From the NCBI RefSeq assembly GCF_009914755.1, contig NC_060936.1: 64,000 bases of DNA; one strand, given 5' to 3'. Origin of the DNA: the human T2T-CHM13v2.0 reference genome, Homo sapiens. The position numbers and the translations under genes were made by a program. The notes beneath the pieces are model-generated. The model ran no database searches, was not told the origin of the DNA, and saw only the letters and a list, made by a program, of their open reading frames with translations. Below, piece by piece: positions 34,487-63,805 of this stretch (positions are counted from its first letter, which is position 1; every line of letters begins with the position of its first letter).

Positions 34487-35127
34487 CTCTAAATGCTTTT
34501 GTGAGAATCGAAGAGAGCACAAGAGGTAGAATTTGATCACTGTCTAGCACAAAGTAGGCATTTAGTTATAGACAATGCTGATTTGTTCCAGTCTTTTATG
34601 AAATCCAGGGCATTTCTGAAAAAGGACCAATGTTTACTTTGTCTACCCCAAACCTTACCTTTTCCCCTTTCATCTATGGTAAGGTACCAGTAGCTCAATG
34701 ACAGAGAAAGAGTTTCAAGTATCTTTCAAACACCCAAATATTTCCAGTGGAAATGGGCCCAATAAACATCTTCAAAATCTTCTGGTGTTACTTTAGTTCC
34801 TATCTGTTAGTGCTCTAGAGGTCTCTCAAACTTTAACAGTTCTCATCTCTAGTGGAAGCTGTGATACCACTCCTCTCTACAAACAGAGGGCATCTTCTGA
34901 TTGTTGTGCTACCCATACTTGCACTCTGGGTGCTAGAGATGCTAAGCATCCTGCAATGCATGAATGATCCCACCTACAACGCCAATAATTCTCCAGATGA
35001 GAAACCTTGAGTCATGTAATGAAATAACCTCCAGTATGTTTCAAAGGTTCTTGACACATAGCCTTTATCCAAAAGTATTGGTAAACCACTGTATCTTTTA
35101 GTGTATTTAGGTCCTAGACTGCAGGAG

Positions 35128-35345
35128 CTGTGCCATCCAATATGGTAACCACTAGCCACATGTGCCTATTTGAAATGCAGCTAGTTTGAATGGAGATGCA
35201 CTATAAAGTATAAAATACATCCCAGATTTTCAAGTCTTAGCACACACACACACACAAATTTCATTAATAACTTTTGTACTGATTAACACTGAAATAGTAT
35301 TTTTCACGTATTAGGTTAAATAAAATATTATTAAAATTAATTTCA
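35128..35345. mobile_element. hAT-Charlie MER3/MER33-like DNA transposon fragment
   Basis: ctgtgccatccaatatggtaaccactagccacatgtg terminus. Confidence 0.65.
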
Positions 35346-35346
35346 C

Positions 35347-35732
<386 letters not shown>

Positions 35733-36088
35733 TTATAAGCACTACTGCTTATCCTTATTTCACTGAGGAGATAAAATGATTAAGGAAATTAGCCAAGGCC
35801 ATCCAGTTTGTATCATAAGTGGTGGAGTTAGAATCTAGACCCAAGCAATCTGACTCTCGAGTCTGTGCTCCTAACCAATTCATTATACTGCCTTTCAAAA
35901 GCAGTATCATTAGAACGTAAGCTCCACAAGCGGAGAGATTTTGTTTTCTTTACTGCTGTGTCTTCTAACTCTTAGGAAGAGTGCAGGAGGGGGAAGAAAA
36001 AGACAAAAATGCTTGTGATTCCTAAGGAAGTAAACCAAAGGTATCTATCTCTACAGAGTCCCAACGCCTGGGGGAAAAAAGGAACTTA

Positions 36089-36292
<204 letters not shown>

Positions 36293-37845
36293 TTAGAATC
36301 CATGTGAGGAGTTAAAAACTTTGTCTTTTCTTGATGGGATGAAAAGGGGATAACACTGAGTTGCCATGTGCCCTGCTCTTGAGTCTCAAATCATTCTACA
36401 GATGAGTCCTAAGAGTTTAATTTAAAAATGAATCAGTCTTCACTTCCTCAACTACAACCTCCTCTTCGGCTAAAGAGACCAAAATTATTAGAAGGCACAA
36501 CTGTTTAACTCTTCTATTTCAGATTCCAAAAGACAAGTAGTGTGGTATGTTATTCCTGGCTATGTTTGTAACTGTTTACAAGCCAGGAACTCAAACAGAA
36601 ATGTGCAAAATCTTTAGTTAAATGAACCAAGATAAAATTAAAACCTTTTTCTCCAAGGTGAATAAGCGTCTTTATAAAAATGAAAAAAGAAAAGCCACTA
36701 AAATATGAGTTTTCTGTGCTCTGAGCATCTTGCCCAGTCTCTTAGCAGCACACAAAAAAGGCTTGCTTAGGCACCTTTCACCACATTTTCAGTGACTTGG
36801 TACATTTCCCTTAAACAAATTGAGCTTGTCCCTTCAGAGCATCCATCAGCTCACAAAAGCAAGGCTGACATCTCAAACACACTAATCTTCCTTTTTAGAA
36901 AGCTAATTTGGGGATGGGAGGGAGGCAGAAAGGAGAAAAAATTTTTCAGTCCTAAAATTCAAAATTAGTCACTAGATTATTCAGTAATTCCCAAGATGCA
37001 ACTAACCCAAATAGTTAAGAAGGTACCTCTCCCTCTTAACTGAAGTTGACTCAGGGCCAAAGGAAGAGGAGGAGGAAAAAGAAGTCTGGCCCCAGACTCA
37101 GCATCAACATGAAGCCTCCTCAAAATACAGAGGAACCATTCATAGGCCCAAGGAAAGCTGAAGCAAGGAAACACAAATGGAAATTGAGTTAAGCTCAGAA
37201 ATATGCACACCAGGGGGTACTCAACAGAGAATCTAGTTTTAAAAATTCCCATGTTGTTGTTCCATAATCATTTTTAAGAATTCTTCCTTAACCATGCTAA
37301 ATGGTGCCTACAGTCTGGATTACAGAGTAGCAGAAATTGTTTTCTTAGCTGAACTCCATTATTATTTTCCTGTAATCTTTAAAGATGTTTATCAGCACCC
37401 TCTAAATATTTCCACCCTGACCAGAAAACCACTGGGTCAGGGAGGACCCACTACTAACCTCAGAATGATGTTCAAGTCACATAAAAAGTGGCAATTATCA
37501 ATTCACTTCAAATTAGCAAAATTTTAAAAATTATTACAAGAATATATAGTTGGAGACCATATCTCCAGAACTTATTAGCTATAGGTCTGCCCACCTAAAA
37601 AACTGCCTATACCCATTACTGCCCTATAAGACTAAGTTTTTATTAAAATACTCTATTTGGAAGAGGAAGTAGTAGCAAAATGTAGGTGCGGGGGGGTTAA
37701 AATAATTTTTCCATGAATTTAGAAGAGTCCTAAGCTTCAAGAAAATATCTTATGTGCTTTATTTAAAATAAAACAGCCTCCAACCTCACCAGAGACAGGA
37801 AATGTCATATTCCAGGGAGAGTACCCCACCCCCACCACCACTCAC

Positions 37846-37900
37846 CTTGGAATTTCCGGGAGCTGAGCAGTTTAGGTCAGAGCGCTGGGGTTAAAACCAG
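37846..37900 (-). other. CBX5: Probable second CBX5 alternative first exon
   Basis: Consensus donor CCAAG|gtgagt at 37846 followed by intronic G-runs; 5' end uncertain. Confidence 0.55.
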
Positions 37901-38084
37901 CCCCATGTTAGATGCATGCAGTTAAGCATTGTGGCTATGGCCTCCCCTGCCTCACCAGGAAAAACAAGGATTTACATGTGTTCTTCATTTTGAGGGAGAG
38001 ACAAGGAAAATCTCCCTTTATACCTTCATGCAGAAGAGGAGCCCCAAAGGTAGAAAATGAATGGGGGTTCCCTCCTTTACCTAC

Positions 38085-38170
38085 CGGATCGCCCCAGTTC
38101 TTTCTTTCCCTCTGGGCTAACAGGAGGGGCCTCCCCTCCCAGGTCTGGGTCTTGGCGGGCTGGCAGCTCC
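38085..38170 (-). other. CBX5: Probable CBX5 alternative first exon (internal promoter)
   Basis: Donor GATCCG|gtaggt at 38085 in a GC-rich patch with RFX and E2F motifs; CBX5 5'UTR variants are known; TSS approximate. Confidence 0.6.
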
Positions 38171-38219
38171 CCTGCCCCCACCCAGCTGCCTGGGCGCCAC
38201 TGCGCAGCTGTCCCAGTCC

Positions 38220-38233
38220 GTTGCCATAGCAAC
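38220..38233. promoter_or_regulatory. RFX X-box
   Basis: GTTGCCATAGCAAC, a near-perfect palindromic RFX consensus. Confidence 0.75.
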
Positions 38234-38785
38234 TGGCAGCAGTACTACACTAAGGGGGAGAAGCAAATGGAAAAGTTAAAAGGCTTAACTTTCCTTTTCA
38301 GTGAAGACTGGGTGGAGAAATTGGAAGGTACCTCTCTTGGCCTCAAGGCTAAGGCATTCAGAGCTTAAGGGAATTACTTCTTAGGTTTTAAATCCAGTAT
38401 TTATGCTTATTCCTCTAACAGCACTGTGAATTAATCAATAACATTTTAAGATCATCTAACAAGATTACAGCTCAACTGAAGGGGGAGGGGAAAGGCTCGA
38501 TCCTTCTACAACACGATCAGTACAAACCACCCATCACTTAATCCAGCCCACCAGAGCACTTTGGGCAATCCCATTTTACCGTCTGTCACAGAACAGTTAA
38601 TTAAAATTGCTTGAGGGGAAAAATAACAGGAAACAGGGGAGGGGAAGTATTTTAAAGACACTATATAACTTTCCTTCTTTGGGGGGATTACTAGAGACAA
38701 AATCCAAAGACATGAAGCACTACCAAAACAACAACCAAAAAAAAAAAAAAAAAAAAACCCCTTTTAACTAAAATTAGAGGTGGAG

Positions 38786-47860
<9,075 letters not shown>

Positions 47861-47869
47861 TGTTTTAAG

Positions 47870-50310
<2,441 letters not shown>

Positions 50311-50702
50311 CCTGGTGTTTGTTATTTGCCCTATCTCATAAGTCTATTATGGAAAAACAATAGGAAAATACTTTGGAAAATATATAGGAAACAGAAGGAA
50401 AAATGTTTAATAATCAAGGAAGTTAAAAAAATTTTAATGAATTTTCTTTATTATCTGTAAGTCTTATCCATGCTTGTCTCTACTTACATAAATGAGGTTT
50501 GCTATGTTTTATCAGATCTTAGGCATAATTTATTGTTGTGAAACACTGAACAAATTAGCAGTATATTACCCTCCACAACTCCCTGTGAGGTGAGTTGCAC
50601 AGATTTAGGGATGAGAAACGAGGCACAGAGAGTTCAAGGATTTGTCTTAAAAACAAAACTTAAGATTTCCCAGCCTGTTAGTTGACCTCTTTAGTACAGG
50701 GC

Positions 50703-50744
50703 ATTTTATTCCGACATAATTATATTTTATTCTGACATAATTAT
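50703..50744. repeat. 21-bp tandem duplication, each unit containing a minus-strand AATAAA
   Basis: attttattccgacataattat / attttattctgacataattat. Confidence 0.9.
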
Positions 50745-51632
50745 GCCCTCTGGCTCAGATATGAACTTGCTTTATTCTAAGAAACATAGATTACTATCAG
50801 AAAAATACTTGAATCCAATTTGGTTTCTCCTCTCCACAGAAGAAATAAATAATGAGTGTGTTATAAAACCTGATCTTGAAACGGTCCTTTCAAGTACACC
50901 ATCTCAAGCTCATGGCTTTATCTAGTGTCCTTCCTAGCAATGAAACAGGATGGAACAGGCATTCAGTGAGTCTGAAGAGTAAGACTGCAAGTGAAAATTT
51001 TTACTCTATGACCTAGTTTCAGGTAGAAAAAAATCTGTCAGTGTTTAATTTTGATGAACTACTACTACTGGAAAGAAAATTCAGGCTACACAGTCTATAG
51101 TCTCACTAAAAATGTAGTGAAAATGTTCCAGCTAGTCTATTACATCCCTTGTAGAAAATCTTTTCTTCAGAAAGGTTTAAGCACACAGCTAACAAATACA
51201 GGTTAGTTATCCTGTGTTAATACCCCAAGGAGTTGACAGTCAGCCAACAGCTCAGTCTTCCATCCTTCAAGTCCTAGGCAAGAACAGGACTACCCTCACC
51301 CAAAATGTTGTAATTTGTAATGTTTTGATTCACATTTTAAATTATTGACTTAAAAAACAAACTCCAAGATGACTTAGGAATCACTTCATAAAGTCTTAGG
51401 TCTAGAAGGCTTGTTAACGATCACTTATCCAACTCCTTCCCTATAAGATAAAGAAACTAAGGACTAAAGAGGGCAAATGGCTCACCCATGGTTACACCAT
51501 TAGATAATGGCAGAGGCAGGACAAGAACCCAGGTTTCTGAGCCTTTTTTCACTTGCCTCTGTTTCTTTAAAAATAACATTTTCTTTTCTGAATTAGCTCA
51601 AATCTATTTGGGTAGAGGTTAGGGAACCAATG

Positions 51633-52449
<817 letters not shown>

Positions 52450-53236
52450 TAGGGGGAATAAAATTTTAAACATCATAAAGTGGACATATATAAAACATTA
52501 CTGATCCAAAAAGAATTGTGTTTCAGATAACCCAAAGAATGTCTAAAACCTTTAATCCCTCATTTCAAAGGGTAAATTGAGGCTACTGCAGGATACAATT
52601 TGCCCCAAAGAAATTGGCAGATCTGAGAAGAGAAACTCAGAAAGATCTAATATTTACATAGCTGCTAACAAGAACAGTGTAGGTTTTTCTGCAAACATGC
52701 TAGTTGGTAGAGCTCCTGGACAGACTAAACATAGGCAGCAGTTGTCACAGTGGGTGTTCTTCCAGCACAAGTGTAAAGCTGTCATCAGAAATGAATATGT
52801 GGCTTCGAGTGGCTTACAGAAATCCAACAAATCTGCATCTTGGACTCTGGACAAGCGAACTCTTCTCAGGATGACCTGGACTCCTTCCTATTAGTACAAT
52901 GATCAGTTAAAATCATTCTCTATAAGCAAGGAAGAAAAATAAAAGTTTATATCAGGAGAAAAAGATGATTGCCCAGAGTCCGAGTTCACGAATAGCAGAT
53001 ATGTAAACAGCCATACTAAGTCAAGTGGTATCTCATGTTGTAATTTATTACTTTTAAAATCAATATCCATAACACAGCTTTAGGCCCAGTTTCATGTAAG
53101 ATGAATGGAAATAAAAATAATCTAAGTAAAAGGACAAAATAAAGACTAGAAATGCTTTACCAGGACAGTTATTAATTAAATGGGCTATACCAATAAGATA
53201 TGGAAATCATGCTATGTGGTTAAAGACCTCAATAGA

Positions 53237-56590
<3,354 letters not shown>

Positions 56591-56609
56591 TACTCCAGTA
56601 TTTTAAATG

Positions 56610-56848
56610 AATGGTTTTCAACCAAGGGAGATTTTATCCCCCATCCCTACCTCCCCGGACATTTGGCAATGTCTGGAAACAATCTGTCACAAATGGGGAT
56701 GTGGCGAGTGATGCGATGTTACTGGCATACAGTGGGTAGAGGCCAGGAATGTTGCTAAATATTTTACTATGCACAGGACACTCCGAGCACCCTCAACAAA
56801 GAATTATCTGCCTCAAAATACCAACAGTGCTAATGCTGAGAAACCTTG
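56610..56848. mobile_element. MER20 (hAT-Charlie)
   Basis: ggacatttggcaatgtctgga...gggtagaggccaggaatgttgctaaa...aaagaattatctg...tgagaaacc. Confidence 0.8.
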
Positions 56849-58584
56849 CTGTAGGTCAAGACTGTATTCCTTCCAAACCTAAATAAATCCAGGACAGATA
56901 CCCTTAACCAGTATCACTTTAGTTCTCAGAAGCTCAGCAACTCCATTACTAGCATACCTACAAATAGGTTTACAGCCAGGTATAAATTATAGGTTTGTCC
57001 TTTTGCTAGTGCCAGAGAACATGGAAATCTCTCCTCTGTTCATAAACTGCTATTAAAATCGTCTGTCTTTGGTATAAAGTCGGAAAGGTCTCTAATTATA
57101 AGTGTATTTCATAGGTAGTTGATTTTCAGTATTTAAATATTTTCCCTTGATCCTGAATAAATTATTGAATAAAGCAGTAAGACTCTGATACAGCCAATGT
57201 TATCAAAATTTATTTATTTCTCCAAAAGATCCTGGAATAAGCAGAGTGGGCATTACCAAAAGGAGATAGACTGCATGTAAAACACACTTCGAAGGAAATC
57301 TAATTAAAAGGCAAGGAATAATCCAGGTGATGGATGAATCTTCTGTCCCCAGAACCCTAAATATTACCCTCTTTGTTTCTTTTTTATTCCAAAGTCAGAT
57401 ATCCTCAAAGGAACAGCAAAAAGAGGGACTTTAGGATATCTTCAATGGTGTAAAGAAAAGAAATATATGAAAGTTCCCGGGAGAAAGAGACTAAAATAAA
57501 AGCACTGGGCACATGGATTACATAAAACAGAAAAGGGGTTGTAAGTATGTGATTATGACTAGAAACACAAAACAATCGACTTCATTTTTTATTTAATTTT
57601 AATCACAAATTATTAACCTTGCAAAGTTTTAAACATTAAAGATCTAATCTGCCTCGATCCTACTGTGTCCCTAGGATTGACACTTTGGTGTGTAGCTTTC
57701 CAAAACTTTTCTGTGGACCTACAAACATATTTGTCAGTAGAAATATGCACTATCAGGAAGGAGATATTTCTTGAACGCCTTTCCATGACAGTACATAGAG
57801 ATTTCTCCCATTCGTTCTAACATTTTAACAGTCTTCCTAAAGAAGCGACTTCTGAAAGTATTATTTAAAAACAAACAAACAAAAAAAAACAACTCCTGTT
57901 CCCCAAACCTCAAGTGGTGAGGGGGCGGGGGAAAAATGCTCAAGTCGAGGAATACAGGAGCAAACTTACGCTTTCAAGGAGGTGTATGGGACTGAGGCCT
58001 AAAGGCTTCGTTAGAGAAGTCATCGTGGATAAAACATCCACCCTCACACGCCATTACAGGCACCGACTCCCCTTCCTCACAACCCCAAATCGAAGACCTC
58101 CCTCTTTTGGAGAGCCGATTGGACGACTGGTCCCAGCGCTTTCCTTAGGCTGTCCGTCTACTGGTTCCAGATTCGTTCCATCCGTTTAACCGCCCGATCC
58201 CGCATTCCCCATTGGAGTCAAACCGCTGCCTCCTGGAGAAGCCCAACCTACCGCGCGCTTCCTGCTCACTGGCTCAGTGAGACGCTGCTCAGAAGGGGAA
58301 AACCCGTCTCCCACATTCCGATGGCCCAAGGGCCGATCAGTCGGCAGCTCAAGGCAGACCCAATTGGCCTATACACAAGCCAGTCAAAGTCTTCGGCTGC
58401 ACAGCTCCAAAGAACCTACGGGGATTAAAACATCCCGCCCCCTGTTCTTCTATTGGTTGGCCCGACCCACCGCTGCCCCTTCACTATCCCCCCACCCCGC
58501 CGTCCATTCATTTCACACAATAACGGGCCCAAATGGAGTCAGTTCAAGACCTACTATGGGTAGATAAGACTGTCTGCCACTTAC

Positions 58585-58700
58585 CCGGGATTGAGAGTGA
58601 TCACTCACGCTAACGTCTGCCCTGTTCCTGTATGGTGAGGCCGCACCACAAGCCACCACCGCCGCCGCCTTCTGCGCAACGCCAACCGCCCGCCAAAACG
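58585..58700 (-). other. CBX5: CBX5 non-coding exon 1 (main promoter); alternative donor at 58609
   Basis: Donor CCCGG|gtaagt at 58585; second donor-like AGC|gtgagt at 58609; lies in the CpG island; TSS approximate. Confidence 0.85.
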
Positions 58701-59321
58701 GATCCTTCCCTGCGCCTGCGCAACCAATCCTGGGACCGGACCTTTTTTCTCCGCCCACTACGCATGCGCAAAGCTAGGACAAACTCCCGCCAACACGCAG
58801 GCGCCGTAGGTTCACTGCCTACTCCTGCCCGCCATTTCACGTGTTCTCAGAGGCAGGTGGAACTTCTTAATGCGCCTGCGCAAAACTCGCCATTTTACTA
58901 CACGTGCGGTCAACAAGAGTTCATTGCAAAAAAATTGTTACCTCCTGGCTGCTTGTCTAATACATAGTGTTAATCATGCTTTGCCAAGCGACTTGACTGT
59001 AATATTTGCGCGTGGAAGATTAAAAAGATGTTAAACACCCAAGGTAGATTCAAATGTGAATGATTGGTCGGTTGGCCAATCAGACTGGTTAACAATAACA
59101 TTACTCGGGAACCAATGGACTCCAAGGGGTGGAGACGGCGTAGAACGACCGAAGGAATGACGTTACACAGCAATGTGGCACCACAGGCCAATAGCAGGGG
59201 GAAGCGATTTCAAGTATCCAATCAGAGCTGTTCCAGGGCGGAGTCTACCAATGCCGAAAGCGAGGAGGCGGGGTAAAAAAGAGAGGGCGAAGGTAGGCTG
59301 GCAGATACGTTCGTCAGCTTG

Positions 59322-59330
59322 CTCCTTTCT
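59322..59330 (+). promoter_or_regulatory. TCT initiator / 5'TOP-like pyrimidine tract of HNRNPA1
   Basis: ctcctttct fits YC(+1)TYTYY about 60 nt before the ATG; hnRNP A1 is reported as a TOP mRNA. Confidence 0.65.
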
Positions 59331-59384
59331 GCCCGTGGACGCCGCCGAAGAAGCATCGTTAAAGTCTCTCTTCACCCTGCCGTC

Positions 59385-59399
59385 ATGTCTAAGTCAGAG
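59385..59399 (+). CDS. HNRNPA1: HNRNPA1 exon 1 coding part (MSKSE)
   Basis: gccgtcATGTCTAAGTCAGAG|gtgagt. Confidence 0.97.
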
Positions 59400-59962
59400 G
59401 TGAGTTAGGCGCGCTTTCCCACTTGAATTTTTTCCTCTCCCTTTCCTGAATCGGTAAGATGCTGCTGGGTTTCGTTCCTTGCACCAGCCCATTCTACAGT
59501 TCCTTCGGTCGCTGCCACGGCCTACCCCTCCCAAAGTTCAAGTCGCCATTTTGTCCTCTTGATCGCCATGAGGCCGCTCTCCGCCAACCATGAGTTATCA
59601 TGCGGGACTCGTTACTCGTAGCAAAATTCTTAGGCACACAGGATCTTTGTCTTTTTTTAAACCTTGCCTTGGTGAGCGAGTTTTCTAAAGAGCGATTAGT
59701 CCCATTGTGGAGATGCACCCCTACCGCCCAAGCCTTTGTTGCGCGTGCGTCGGAAGGCGACTAGGGACGCATGCGCTTGCGATTTCCTAGCACTCCCAAC
59801 TCCAGCATACGGCCTCCCTTGATAGGCAGAAGCACGTGTCTTGTTGCGACCTGAACGAACAATAAGTGCTAGGTACACAGTTGGTGTCTAGTTTTTCTTT
59901 TCCTCGATGGAAATTGTTTCGTGTTGTAGCCCATTTAACACTTCCCCCTCCCCCCACTCTAG

Positions 59963-60157
<195 letters not shown>

Positions 60158-60359
60158 TGAAAGTAGTTAATAGCATTATAGTTAGAGCTTTGTTGGCAAA
60201 GGAACGTCCTGCTTTGATTTTAAAAGCTACCTCTTAAATCTAGGGTAGTGGGAAACTGGACGACTTTTTATAAAAGGCTGGTGTAAAGTTTCCTATTGCC
60301 CTATTCAAAGTTAAAATGACAAAAGCTTTTGCGGTCAGACTTTGTGTTACATAAATTAA

Positions 60360-60578
<219 letters not shown>

Positions 60579-60666
60579 TAAGATTCGGGAGTTTTCTAAA
60601 CTTACCAAAATTTTTTATTCGAGTATAGGCTTTGCTAATCTAAACCTATGGTTTTTCTCCTATTAG

Positions 60667-60930
<264 letters not shown>

Positions 60931-60933
60931 TAA

Positions 60934-61077
<144 letters not shown>

Positions 61078-61148
61078 TAATTAAACCTTAAAGGTAACTT
61101 TGAGTTACTCCAGTATGAATGATTTAATGCTTAAACTTCATGTCTTAA

Positions 61149-61292
<144 letters not shown>

Positions 61293-61354
61293 TGAAGATT
61301 TTACAGTACGGGAACTGCATTCAGAATGTCACTTTAAGTCCAAGTCATACTTAA

Positions 61355-61471
<117 letters not shown>

Positions 61472-61495
61472 TAGAGAAAAATTCCTGGCAACCTG

Positions 61496-61869
<374 letters not shown>

Positions 61870-62212
61870 GGGTTCTGGTGCTGTTGAAGCATTGTGTGGT
61901 ACACTGCATGGTATATTAAAAACAAATGGGCTTGCTATGCTACCTCCTCCTAGCTTTAAGCTGGGGCCGCCTCACTCCCAAATAGTAGAGATAAGTGGAT
62001 AGTGTTGTCTTTGAGTTAGATTAGTATCATAGAAGGATTTAGTATTTTAACTCCTTTGGGACCTTAGGCGCTTAGTTGATGTATCCAAGATACTTCTGCT
62101 TGCTGTGGCCCTGGATCCGTGAAGGCCTTCAAGGCTGAAGGGTATGCTTGTGCCACTCTGAAAATCTCTTTATTTTATGTCATGGTGAGTTAGGCCAGTT
62201 TTCTTTGTATTA

Positions 62213-62228
62213 CTGGATTATTCAACTG
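62213..62228 (+). promoter_or_regulatory. CE9-like 3' splice-site repressor (SRSF9/SRp30c site)
   Basis: CTGGATTATTCAACTG matches the CE9 core as I recall it. Confidence 0.6.
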
Positions 62229-62366
62229 AATGCCTTTCCCAGAGAATGAAATGCAAAGATTGGAGTCACCATAGTTTGGGAGAAAGGAAGGCTGATAACT
62301 CAACCTTATTTTATTCTGACTGCTAAACAGAATTGGAAACTAACATCATCCTCAGGTAACAGATAA

Positions 62367-62558
<192 letters not shown>

Positions 62559-62834
62559 TAATTTTGGATAATGTCAAAAGAGTGTCTGTAGCTACTGCTG
62601 GGAAGAAAGCCCTTTAACTGCTATGTCTGGGCAGCAAAACGTTTATAGTTTAGAACCTTCAGAAAGTGATAATTTGATCACAAATTAGAAAAATCATGGG
62701 ACCTCTTTACCACCTCCCTTGTAGTAGGGCCATTTTTAAATGGCCAGACACTTGAATTTAACTTTTATTATCTCAAATATGAAAACATTACTGTTGGCAC
62801 TTTGAAACTTTAAAAGAAAAATTGTACTTTTCAG

Positions 62835-62890
62835 GTGGCTATGGCGGTTCCAGCAGCAGCAGTAGCTATGGCAGTGGCAGAAGATTTTAA
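62835..62890 (+). CDS. HNRNPA1: HNRNPA1 last coding exon (GGYGGSSSSSSYGSGRRF*); exon ends at 62894
   Basis: tttcag|GTGG; TAA at 62888-62890; donor TTAG|gtaagt at 62894. Confidence 0.97.
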
Positions 62891-63438
62891 TTAGGTAAGT
62901 AAGCACCTTTTTGTGTGTTGACATAATTTTTTAAATTGCTGATGAACCCAATAACCCTAATGTAGCTGAGCAGTGCAACATAGTTAACATTATAATTGCA
63001 GTAATTGTGGATATAAAGTTAATATTCAGATCAGCAAAATTTGTGGGAAACAAACTTGATATTGGATTGTAGCCTTGAGTCTTAATATGTTTAGATTAAC
63101 AACTTTATTCCATATTGTTCAACAGGAAACAAAGCTTAGCAGGAGAGGAGAGCCAGAGAAGTGACAGGGAAGCTACAGGTTACAACAGATTTGTGAACTC
63201 AGCCAAGCACAGTGGTGGCAGGGCCTAGCTGCTACAAAGAAGACATGTTTTAGACAAATACTCATGTGTATGGGCAAAAAACTCGAGGACTGTATTTGTG
63301 ACTAATTGTATAACAGGTTATTTTAGTTTCTGTTCTGTGGAAAGTGTAAAGCATTCCAACAAAGGGTTTTAATGTAGATTTTTTTTTTTGCACCCCATGC
63401 TGTTGATTGCTAAATGTAACAGTCTGATCGTGACGCTG

Positions 63439-63444
63439 AATAAA
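63439..63444 (+). terminator. HNRNPA1: HNRNPA1 proximal poly(A) signal
   Basis: AATAAA followed by a U-run and GU-rich tgtgctgtgt. Confidence 0.8.
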
Positions 63445-63799
63445 TGTCTTTTTTTTAATGTGCTGTGTAAAGTTAGTCTACTCTTAAGCCATCTTGGTAA
63501 ATTTCCCCAACAGTGTGAAGTTAGAATTCCTTCAGGGTGATGCCAGGTTCTATTTGGAATTTATATACAACCTGCTTGGGTGGAGAAGCCATTGTCTTCG
63601 GAAACCTTGGTGTAGTTGAACTGATAGTTACTGTTGTGACCTGAAGTTCACCATTAAAAGGGATTACCCAAGCAAAATCATGGAATGGTTATAAAAGTGA
63701 TTGTTGGCACATCCTATGCAATATATCTAAATTGAATAATGGTACCAGATAAAATTATAGATGGGAATGAAGCTTGTGTATCCATTATCATGTGTAATC

Positions 63800-63805
63800 A
63801 ATAAA
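63800..63805 (+). terminator. HNRNPA1: HNRNPA1 second poly(A) signal
   Basis: AATAAA with upstream TGTA motifs. Confidence 0.7.

Larger units (their letters stand above)
58100..59900. promoter_or_regulatory. CpG island containing the CBX5/HNRNPA1 bidirectional promoter (~0.6 kb between TSSs)
   Basis: High CpG density; NRF1 (58711, 58760, 58871), YY1 (58830, 58888, 59544), E-box (58838, 58901), E2F-like (58686-58698, 58785-58793), several CCAAT and GC boxes. Confidence 0.92.

Noticed and set aside
57914-59878. Cluster of ORFs on both strands in the CpG island
   Set aside because: Expected from stop-codon scarcity in GC-rich DNA; only the frame that splices into the CBX5 CDS was kept as a finding
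62331-62355. Apparent 25-nt mini-exon (aacag|...cag|gtaac) before exon 8
   Set aside because: The remaining intron to 62389 would be only 33 nt, too short to splice
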